Of a stretch of 54,143 nt of DNA, positions 47,536 through 54,143 are shown piece by piece. The notes beneath the pieces are model-generated. The model ran no database searches, was not told the origin of the DNA, and saw nothing but the letters and a program-made list of their open reading frames with translations. The stretch lies in IMG/VR virus record IMGVR_UViG_3300048590_000145, positions 1 to 54,143 of that record; one strand, given 5' to 3'. Every line of letters starts with the position of its first letter. Position 1 is the stretch's first letter. This DNA comes from a virus. Its lineage: Duplodnaviria > Caudoviricetes. A program made the translations under genes and the position numbers.

Positions 47536-47856
47536 ATGTCCAAGAAGCCACGGACGAAGAACCCCGTAACTCAGGCCATCCAGGCCAACATGCTCCACAT
47601 GCTCAACCCGCCGAGCGAACAAGACCGTGCCAAGGCAAAGGTCAAGGCAGCGCAGAAGCTCGCTGAGGTAGAGCAACTGCAACAGCTGTCAGCAACGATG
47701 GTCCTTGAGGCCATCCAGAACTCCCAGTTCAACATTCTGCGTCAAGCAGAGGAACTGGGGTTCACCGAGCAGCACCCGGTGTATCAGCGTGCAGTGCATG
47801 CTTACGCTGTTGGTACTGAGTCCGCAGCTCAGAACATGAAGCGCAAGCTCACGTGA
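47536..47856 (+). CDS. First early gene, hypothetical 106 aa
   Basis: TAAGGAGG SD; own terminator. Confidence 0.85.
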   Translation: MSKKPRTKNPVTQAIQANMLHMLNPPSEQDRAKAKVKAAQKLAEVEQLQQLSATMVLEAIQNSQFNILRQAEELGFTEQHPVYQRAVHAYAVGTESAAQNMKRKLT

Positions 47857-47862
47857 GGAACA

Positions 47863-47899
47863 GCCCTAGGGTCTTCGGACCTTAGGGCCTTTCCTTTTT
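47863..47899 (+). terminator. Rho-independent terminator
   Basis: GCCCTAGGGTC-TTCG-GACCTTAGGGC with UUCG loop and T-rich tail. Confidence 0.88.
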
Positions 47900-47905
47900 A
47901 CTCCA

Positions 47906-48069
47906 AGTAGCTACTGCTTTTTTAAGTGTGTCTGTGTGTATGGGACGTATCGAATCTCACTGCACTACGTTTTTCTAGTCGTGTGACGCTTGCGCTCAGG
48001 CTACTGAGCGACCAAGCCATTTTCACACGAGGCATACGCACAGACGTATCTATTTTAAGCAGTGCTACT
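47906..48069 (+). other. Long nested stem-loop (candidate ncRNA or single-strand initiation signal)
   Basis: Nested pairings 47906-19/48057-69, 47930-42/48033-45, 47979-86/48023-30, 47993-99/48004-10. Confidence 0.5.
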
Positions 48070-48306
48070 ACTCACACACACGTCTCATTCATCGCTTGAT
48101 GACCTCATCACCTGATGCAGATGATGAACATCTAGTGCATCTCATGATGTGGTCATCAATTGCATCCAGTAATGATGTCCTCACTACGGTTACTCTGTGT
48201 AGTCGCGGGATGTCAGCAGGAGTCAGCGGTACGCTGGGCGATCTGAGTCTCAACCGACACCCTGGGTGGTCGGTGATCCCACCTTCCAATACCTGAAGCA
48301 GATTGC

Positions 48307-48630
48307 CGTAGTCAGTGTAGTCACCTAAAGTCGTGAAACTTCTTTTCTCTTATAACTAGAAGTTTAAGAGTTAAGGTGACTACATGACTACACGGCCTGT
48401 TGATCATGCAAAACCCCTGGTCAGAGCCATGATCATTTGTAGTCACCTGAAATCCTTTTCAGGTGACTACACCCTGACTACATGACTACACTTTTTACAC
48501 TCCGTTCACCTACTACTCACGACACGCCGTGTCATGTAGTTGCGTAATCCTCACATCCATATCTTGATCTTGAAATCAGGGCAAATGTAGTCAGGATGTA
48601 GTCACCTGAAATCTTTTTCTGGTGACTACA
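48307..48630. repeat. Iteron-like repeat cluster B (10 exact TGTAGTCA/TGACTACA copies in three inverted cassettes); candidate replication origin
   Basis: Copies at 48316, 48438, 48586, 48597 and inverted 48377, 48385, 48464, 48475, 48483, 48623; non-coding, AT-rich spacers. Confidence 0.88.
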
Positions 48631-48822
48631 CCTGAGCACCTGTTCAAGTCCTCGGTCACATCACCATCGACAACGACTGCAACAGCGGTTGCCATGTCCC
48701 AGGCGTGGTCCCCTTCCAGGCGTGGAAGGAGTCAAGGCGTTGACTCTTAGTAACAAAACTGTTTTTGGAAGAAGGAGTAAGAGAGAGTAGGGAAAGAGTT
48801 TCCCTAGTTAGGAGTAATAGCT

Positions 48823-49080
48823 ATGACTCTTCTATCCGTTCTCATCATCTTCACTGCGGGTGTCATCGCCCAGCCACTGACACAGTGGCTCTTCGATGTC
48901 GCACGCTCAGAATGGCGAGACCATCAGCTCCGCCGCAAGACCTTCAAGATCCAGTCCTCGATCACCGTGCTCGAGTCCAACGGCTGGCGCCTCATCCCAC
49001 CGGACGAGGTCGACACCCTGATCCTTCAGCACCACATCGAGACGAATGTCCGGGGGGTGCCGGAGTCATGGGCGACCTGA
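48823..49080 (+). CDS. Early membrane protein, 85 aa
   Basis: AGGAG SD; N-terminal hydrophobic segment. Confidence 0.7.
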   Translation: MTLLSVLIIFTAGVIAQPLTQWLFDVARSEWRDHQLRRKTFKIQSSITVLESNGWRLIPPDEVDTLILQHHIETNVRGVPESWAT

Positions 49081-49268
49081 TTCAGATGAAACTGCCAGAA
49101 CACCAGGCAGTGGACGAACGCCGCAAGAACCACGCGGATCCGCACTTCTCACTGGAGATCTTCACACCTGAAGAACTGCAGCACACACGACTGATCATCA
49201 CCGGCAGGGCACACGACATTACTGATGCCAAAGACCTGTTACAGATGCTCGGCCTGATCAACCCTTGA
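49068..49268 (+). CDS. Hypothetical protein, 66 aa (MGDLIQMKLP...)
   Basis: Overlaps upstream stop; ends AKDLLQMLGL. Confidence 0.65.
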   Translation: MGDLIQMKLPEHQAVDERRKNHADPHFSLEIFTPEELQHTRLIITGRAHDITDAKDLLQMLGLINP

Positions 49269-49308
49269 ACCTCTGTCTGGTGGTGACGTCCAACCTGTCA
49301 GGCGGAGC

Positions 49309-49348
49309 CCCGGGTAGCACGGTCTCACTCGATACCGTGCTACCCGGG
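49309..49348 (+). terminator. Intergenic stem-loop
   Basis: Perfect 15-bp stem CCCGGGTAGCACGGT / ACCGTGCTACCCGGG; no U-tract. Confidence 0.55.
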
Positions 49349-49383
49349 ATTCAATCCAACCCACCATCAAGGAGGTGGACATC

Positions 49384-49506
49384 ATGACGAAGGACATGTA
49401 CATCGAGCTCTGCTACGACGGTGTCAATCGCCCACTGTTCAACCCGAATACATCACTGACTCCGAAGGAGAACAGTGATGCACCGATGCAGCGGAACTGC
49501 CCGTGA
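49384..49506 (+). CDS. 40-aa hypothetical protein (MTKDMYIELC...MQRNCP)
   Basis: AAGGAGGT SD. Confidence 0.55.
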   Translation: MTKDMYIELCYDGVNRPLFNPNTSLTPKENSDAPMQRNCP

Positions 49507-49591
49507 TCAGAGCAACACCATCAAGGAACAGTTCCGCGGCATCACAGAAACACCGCAACACCAACCACAACCATCCGATCAAGGAGAAGTC

Positions 49592-49906
49592 ATGCACGCA
49601 CCACGTATCACCAAGGCAACACTCATCGCACTCGTCCCAGTCATGGCATTCTCACTGGGCGCGTGCTCGGTCGACGTGTCCACACCGGGCACGGCGACAC
49701 AGCCACCGACCAACCTGCACACGCTCAGTCTCGAGGACCAGATCCTCGATGACACCTGGTTCAACCAGCCCGCGGACAACCGCGAAGCGATGTGCGACAT
49801 GTACGCCGTGGACCCTCAGTCCATGTGGCGAGCCTTCAACGAGGGCGCACACGACGCATTCACCAAAGAGCAGTTCGATGCCATGATGCAGCGGAACTGC
49901 CCATAA
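49592..49906 (+). CDS. Lipoprotein, 104 aa
   Basis: AAGGAG SD; signal peptide ending in lipobox LGAC. Confidence 0.75.
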   Translation: MHAPRITKATLIALVPVMAFSLGACSVDVSTPGTATQPPTNLHTLSLEDQILDDTWFNQPADNREAMCDMYAVDPQSMWRAFNEGAHDAFTKEQFDAMMQRNCP

Positions 49907-49936
49907 CCCGCGCAACAATGGCACAAGGAGGAAGCC

Positions 49937-50263
49937 ATGTGCATGACCGACGACGGTGGCTGGGTAATCCCGGTCGCCGGCGAGTACCCGCTACCGACAG
50001 ATGGCAAGACACTGCAGATCATCCACGACACGATGTTCCACATCGACGAGGTGATGCTCATCGAGCTGATCGCTGCTGCACACAGCGATCTGCACAACTG
50101 CTGGCTGCGTTTCCGTCTGGGGATGTACGCCGTGCACAGCGAGGAGATCTTCAACGAGACACAGTACAAGGATGCAATGAACTACATCCTCGCTGCCTGT
50201 GTCCACGCTGGTCAGCTCGACGAGATGCTAGACCTGGCAACCAGGATGCGGGAGATGGGATGA
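49937..50263 (+). CDS. Hypothetical protein, 108 aa
   Basis: AAGGAGG SD; phage-like codons. Confidence 0.75.
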   Translation: MCMTDDGGWVIPVAGEYPLPTDGKTLQIIHDTMFHIDEVMLIELIAAAHSDLHNCWLRFRLGMYAVHSEEIFNETQYKDAMNYILAACVHAGQLDEMLDLATRMREMG

Positions 50264-50269
50264 TCAATC

Positions 50270-50413
50270 ATGGAGTTCCCATCTCAAGGCGACATGACGC
50301 TGTTCGTGATCGCCATGTTCACCATCACGAGACTCATCAACTTTGTCGAGTCTCGCAGGCAACATTCATCGGGACGGGACCAGCCCGTCACTTACCGAGA
50401 GGAGTCATCATGA
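50270..50413 (+). CDS. 47-aa hydrophobic microprotein (MEFPSQGDMTLFVIAMFTIT...)
   Basis: 6 nt after upstream stop; ATGA-coupled to next gene. Confidence 0.45.
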   Translation: MEFPSQGDMTLFVIAMFTITRLINFVESRRQHSSGRDQPVTYREESS

Positions 50414-50535
50414 CTTCAACTCGCTGTGCTTGCTGCTCACAAGAACACTTGTGGCAACCAAGCCAGGTGTGCTCCACCTGTGTCGATCATCTCCATGACA
50501 AGGGGATGAAGACATGGGGATGGTGCCACGTGTAA
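50410..50535 (+). CDS. 41-aa Cys-rich (CxxC...CxxC) microprotein
   Basis: GAGGAG SD; CACC..CSTC. Confidence 0.6.
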   Translation: MTSTRCACCSQEHLWQPSQVCSTCVDHLHDKGMKTWGWCHV

Positions 50536-50546
50536 CACCTGGTAGT

Positions 50547-50573
50547 TGTCCTGGGCATGACATAAAACTGCCC
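50547..50573 (+). other. Compact H-type pseudoknot
   Basis: TGTC/GACA stem, loop GGGCA pairs with TGCCC after A-rich linker. Confidence 0.5.
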
Positions 50574-50801
50574 TCGCATCGCCCCCATCCATTGATGCAG
50601 TAGATATCTATCGACTGTCTCAATGAAGGAATGCTCAGACGTCTATCCATGTGCGCGTAGGTCTGAGAGAAGCGGAAGTCCCGATCAGATACTCGTGGAC
50701 GCACGGTACGGCGGTCTTCGCGGCTTCACCCATCACAGATGTCCCCATCACCTGGCTCATGGTGGTGGGGGTGACATGTCAATCCAACTAAAGGAGGAAC
50801 C

Positions 50802-51077
50802 ATGAGTCGTAGTACACCAATGGAACGCATCGAGAAGTTGCGTCTCCAACTGGAAGAGGCAGAGAAGAAGGCTGCTGAGCAAGAGGCGAAGAAGGCTGCT
50901 GCCCAGGCAGAGCGCGACAAGAAGAAGCGCTCGTCCTTGGAAGCCAAGCTGGACCGGCTCAACACGCAGGCTTCTGCGATTGCTCAGCTGATCCTCGAGA
51001 CGCAGGCCAAGCTCGACGAGCTGGGTCAGCCCGCCGAAGAAGAGCAGACCCTTGACTTCGAGCCTGTCTCCGACTGA
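50802..51077 (+). CDS. Coiled-coil protein, 91 aa
   Basis: AAAGGAGG SD; E/K/A heptads. Confidence 0.8.
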   Translation: MSRSTPMERIEKLRLQLEEAEKKAAEQEAKKAAAQAERDKKKRSSLEAKLDRLNTQASAIAQLILETQAKLDELGQPAEEEQTLDFEPVSD

Positions 51078-51840
51078 GGCACTGTCTCAGGTGGTAGGTC
51101 AGCTGCACGGGAGTCCGGCGTTCATCGCCGGCTCTTGTGCAGCTGCCGATGCACATGGACTCACCGAGTTCCATGACATCGACGTGTTCGTACCCAGCCA
51201 GCCTGTCCTGTTCACCACGATCCAGCGACTGCTCGACCAGGGTTACTACCTGGACGAGCGGTTCGACCGTGTCTGGTACAGGTGGCAGCGGTACGGACTG
51301 AAGGGCTGGCACACCAATTCCATGCGGTTGTACAGCCTGAGTGATGTGGAGACCAACATCGTCTACAAGTTGGTCGACCGTCAGCCAACGACATCACTCG
51401 CACAGGTGATCGAGTCTTTCGACTTCGGTCTGCTGGCGATGGGTGTCGAAACCGAAACGGGTATGTACCGGGACATGCGTAGCTATCTGTTCCCGGGTCA
51501 CGACCCGAACGGTCCATTGCCGATGATGCCCAACAAGCGGGACAACTGGCGTCAGGGATTCATCAGTCGTTACAACGGTTTACGGGAAGGGGCACGGCTC
51601 GCCAAGTACCACAACTACGGGTACGACATGAGCCTGGTTGTTGACGACATGGTGCAGGGCTACAAGATGGCAGCCACGTACCACCTGGCGCAGTATGATG
51701 AGGACAAGCAGTTGCTCGGCCAGATCTACACAGCCCTTGCTGATCGCATCAGCACCGGAGACCTGGATGAACTGGGCACCGCATACAACACGTTGGACTT
51801 CAACGATCCACTCGACGAGATCATGGAGGCACTCGAATGA
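51052..51840 (+). CDS. Pol-beta superfamily nucleotidyltransferase (start uncertain)
   Basis: FIAGS-x12-DIDVF signature and SFDFGLLAMG. Confidence 0.7.
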   Translation: MTSSLSPTEALSQVVGQLHGSPAFIAGSCAAADAHGLTEFHDIDVFVPSQPVLFTTIQRLLDQGYYLDERFDRVWYRWQRYGLKGWHTNSMRLYSLSDVETNIVYKLVDRQPTTSLAQVIESFDFGLLAMGVETETGMYRDMRSYLFPGHDPNGPLPMMPNKRDNWRQGFISRYNGLREGARLAKYHNYGYDMSLVVDDMVQGYKMAATYHLAQYDEDKQLLGQIYTALADRISTGDLDELGTAYNTLDFNDPLDEIMEALE

Positions 51841-51977
51841 CACCATCAGAATCCACTGATGACACACTCGATGCCCTGGTCGAGACCGATGCGAAGCACC
51901 AGCGTATGACCCTGGCTCAGCTGTACCGCAAGGCCAAGGACAAGCATCTGATCAAGCCGCAGGCCCAGTACACCTGA
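51837..51977 (+). CDS. 46-aa hypothetical protein (MTPSESTDD...)
   Basis: ATGA coupling, GGAGG SD. Confidence 0.65.
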   Translation: MTPSESTDDTLDALVETDAKHQRMTLAQLYRKAKDKHLIKPQAQYT

Positions 51978-52058
51978 GCCTGTGGTTTTGTCATACCCCC
52001 CTGTCATCATGAGATGGCAGGGACAACAAGGGGGCACAGCCCCGGAAAGTAGGTAGCA

Positions 52059-52436
52059 ATGTTCGAAGTCACCCCGCTGCTGGATGGCAGCACACTCGTC
52101 GAAGGCACCGACTCTCGTGGTAACACGGGCAGTGCGGTGCTGTACTCTCCCGCGTGGGAAGCAGTCGTGGAGGCACGCATCCAGGCTGCTGCGATAAAAG
52201 AGTTCGACGCCACGGTCGAGGCGTTCTTCGCCCCGATCGTCGAGGCAGCTGACAAGCTGACCAAGGTCGACGAGAATCCGTGGGCCTCAGTCACCATCGG
52301 CGAAGCCATCGAGGGCAAGACCCCTCAGGTGATCCACCTGGACAGCGAGGGCATCATCCTCCGTGTCCTGGAAGAAGGTGACAGCGACAACCTGCGCTGG
52401 GTTGCCGGTGGCACACAGCTGGTCGTGGTCAAGTAA
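52059..52436 (+). CDS. Hypothetical protein, 125 aa
   Basis: Biased codon usage; flanked by hairpins at 51999-52022 and 52447-52486. Confidence 0.8.
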   Translation: MFEVTPLLDGSTLVEGTDSRGNTGSAVLYSPAWEAVVEARIQAAAIKEFDATVEAFFAPIVEAADKLTKVDENPWASVTIGEAIEGKTPQVIHLDSEGIILRVLEEGDSDNLRWVAGGTQLVVVK

Positions 52437-52446
52437 CCACGGCCTA

Positions 52447-52486
52447 GGTCGCCGTCCCTGTCCTCCCCTGTGCAGGGGCGGCGACC
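52447..52486 (+). terminator. Intergenic stem-loop
   Basis: 14-bp stem GGTCGCCGTCCCTG / CAGGGGCGGCGACC with one G-U. Confidence 0.5.
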
Positions 52487-52504
52487 GACCACCGGAGGTA
52501 GCTG

Positions 52505-53425
52505 ATGCTTGAACGACTGATGCGGTTGTACGTCATGTCGATGGCGTACGACGTCCGCTCTCCCATGCCACACCTGGTGGGTCCACCGGGATGTGGCAAG
52601 TCGACCAGTGTTGAACAACTAGCAGAACTGCTGGATGTTGAACTGCACATCATCAATGTCTCCCGGCTCAGTCCGTTGGAGATCGAAGGTGTGCAGATGC
52701 CACATGGTAGCGGTGCTGAGATGGCACTGCGCATGTTGCCGGCCACCTTCTGGACGAGCCTGAAAGAGGGCGACATCCTGTTGATGGATGAGTTCTTGCG
52801 TGGTTTCCCCGAGGTGTACAACGGGCTGCTCGACATCTTCACCAGCCGTAGGGTTGGTGCGTTCGTGCTGCCGAAGGTGTTCATCATCGGGGCCAGCAAC
52901 AGCGTGGTCGCATACGACCAGGCGTTGGAGGACAGGCTATTGCACCTGCCTGTCACTGATCCTCGCAAGTCGAAGACGGAACTGAACAACCTGGCTGAGA
53001 TCATGGTCAACGCATTGGGCTTACTGCCTGCGATGACCAAGGATCCCGACATGATCGAGCTTCTCGAACGTGTAGTGCTGCCGATGTACGACCTCCTCGA
53101 TTCGTTCACGAAGAAAGGGGTCAAGGCTGCATCCAAGAACGACGGTCAGTCTCTGCGGAAACTGATCGGTCAGGTTCAGATGCGGATGGTGAAGACACCA
53201 CTGCTGAAGGACATGATCACTCGCAACAATCAGTTGGCTATGGCATCAGGCAAGGCTCAGTACGTTGTGCTGCTCGACGGGAAGAACCCGCCGAACGGAT
53301 ACCACGCAGCGGCTGAGAACTTGCAGGGCAACCCCCGGCTGACTGATGTGCAGGCTCTCAACCTGCGTATGAATCTCGAGCTGATCGCTTTATCCGAGGC
53401 GATCACAGAAAGTGAGGAAGCATGA
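52505..53425 (+). CDS. MoxR-like AAA+ ATPase
   Basis: Walker A GPPGCGKS, Walker B LLMDEF, GASN sensor, ALEDR arginine finger. Confidence 0.88.
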   Translation: MLERLMRLYVMSMAYDVRSPMPHLVGPPGCGKSTSVEQLAELLDVELHIINVSRLSPLEIEGVQMPHGSGAEMALRMLPATFWTSLKEGDILLMDEFLRGFPEVYNGLLDIFTSRRVGAFVLPKVFIIGASNSVVAYDQALEDRLLHLPVTDPRKSKTELNNLAEIMVNALGLLPAMTKDPDMIELLERVVLPMYDLLDSFTKKGVKAASKNDGQSLRKLIGQVQMRMVKTPLLKDMITRNNQLAMASGKAQYVVLLDGKNPPNGYHAAAENLQGNPRLTDVQALNLRMNLELIALSEAITESEEA

Positions 53426-54143
53426 GCAACGAAGACCTGGTCATCGTGGACCTGAGGCAAGACCTCAAGTTCCAACTGACCATGCTGAAGTCGATGCTGC
53501 CTGACGTGGAGACTGCACTGTTCTTCGCTCAGGTGTACCGGCTCAGCGCAAACGAGCTGGGCACCCTGCTCAAGGCACTGTTCAACACACCCGTCATCAC
53601 CGCTTTGACGGCTGAGGGTGGGATGCACAGTGACATGTTGCAGGACTACCTGGTGGATATCGGGTATCTGCCCAACATCCAACAAGGTGATCTCGTGTTC
53701 GGCGAGGTGCAGCCCGAAGGAGAGGTTCTGCCTCAACTCTGGGATGCAGCACGTATCGAGATCGCAACCTCGATCCAGCAGGTGGCCGACAAGTTGAAGG
53801 ACGTTGTCGCCACGCTGCCGGGCAAGCACGGACAACTGGTGTTTCGATCGATGCAGATCATGAACGCCAAGCGCCCGATCATCGGAGACCACAAGGCTCA
53901 TGTGCACCACGAGCCGGCACCTCCGAACTTGGTGATCCTGGATGTCTCAGGATCCATGAGCCAGCGCACGGTGGAACAGATCGTCGAGGATGTGGTCGCC
54001 CTCTCATGGGAGGCGGACGCTCACCTCGCCATCGTGTCCAACACCTGCACGCACTGGCTGCCTGGTGAGTTCAGTGTCGAAGCTGTGCTGCAGGCTGCCG
54101 AGTACGGCGGCACGCACTACGAAACACTGGCTCCATTGTTCGA
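53422..54143 (+). CDS. vWA-domain protein, 5' part (continues at window start to 411); not in ORF track
   Basis: ATGA-coupled to AAA gene; open to window end; LVILDVSGSM MIDAS motif. Confidence 0.85.
   Translation, partial: MSNEDLVIVDLRQDLKFQLTMLKSMLPDVETALFFAQVYRLSANELGTLLKALFNTPVITALTAEGGMHSDMLQDYLVDIGYLPNIQQGDLVFGEVQPEGEVLPQLWDAARIEIATSIQQVADKLKDVVATLPGKHGQLVFRSMQIMNAKRPIIGDHKAHVHHEPAPPNLVILDVSGSMSQRTVEQIVEDVVALSWEADAHLAIVSNTCTHWLPGEFSVEAVLQAAEYGGTHYETLAPLF
53947..54143 (+). repeat. Terminal overlap copy 2
   Basis: 191/197 identical to 1-197. Confidence 0.97.

Larger units (their letters stand above)
1..54143. mobile_element. Complete/near-complete tailed phage genome (podovirus-like, actinobacteriophage-like, lytic)
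   Basis: Terminase, portal, capsid, tail, endolysin and a full replication module; ends overlap; no tape measure, integrase or repressor recognised. Confidence 0.95.

Noticed and set aside
48089-48296. Two antiparallel 66-aa ORFs
   Set aside because: No SD, atypical codons, coincide with a hairpin in the non-coding origin-like region

Overview
Essentially one complete, circularly permuted ~53.9 kb genome of a lytic, high-GC (about 60%) podovirus-like phage, most likely infecting Actinobacteria. From memory, size and architecture resemble Microbacterium cluster EK/EM-type podophages (not verified). The window ends overlap by an imperfect 197-bp repeat inside a vWA gene. The + strand (47.5 kb to end, continuing 1-9.5 kb) carries small early genes, a nucleotidyltransferase, a MoxR-like AAA+/vWA pair, SSB, Cas4-like exonuclease, family A DNA polymerase, RuvC-like resolvase, SF2 helicase, D5/P4-like SF3 helicase and Prim-Pol. 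The - strand (47.1 to 9.5 kb) carries a ~4,811-aa giant gene, portal, major capsid, tail/fibre genes, an M23 endolysin with five membrane proteins, tail tube/nozzle proteins, a putative scaffold and the terminase. No integrase, repressor, tRNA or CRISPR was seen. Highlights: (1) the giant protein contains an R-x-P...GADHDGD segment that aligns by eye with the catalytic double-psi barrel of two-barrel RNA polymerases, suggesting an injected virion RNA polymerase; (2) TGTAGTCACC/GGTGACTACA repeats build the same 49-bp-spaced inverted cassette at two loci 33.5 kb apart (bipartite origin or phage-RNAP promoters); (3) a probable +1-frame gene nested in the scaffold-like gene; (4) several structured non-coding elements and coupled micro-ORFs missed by the ORF track.
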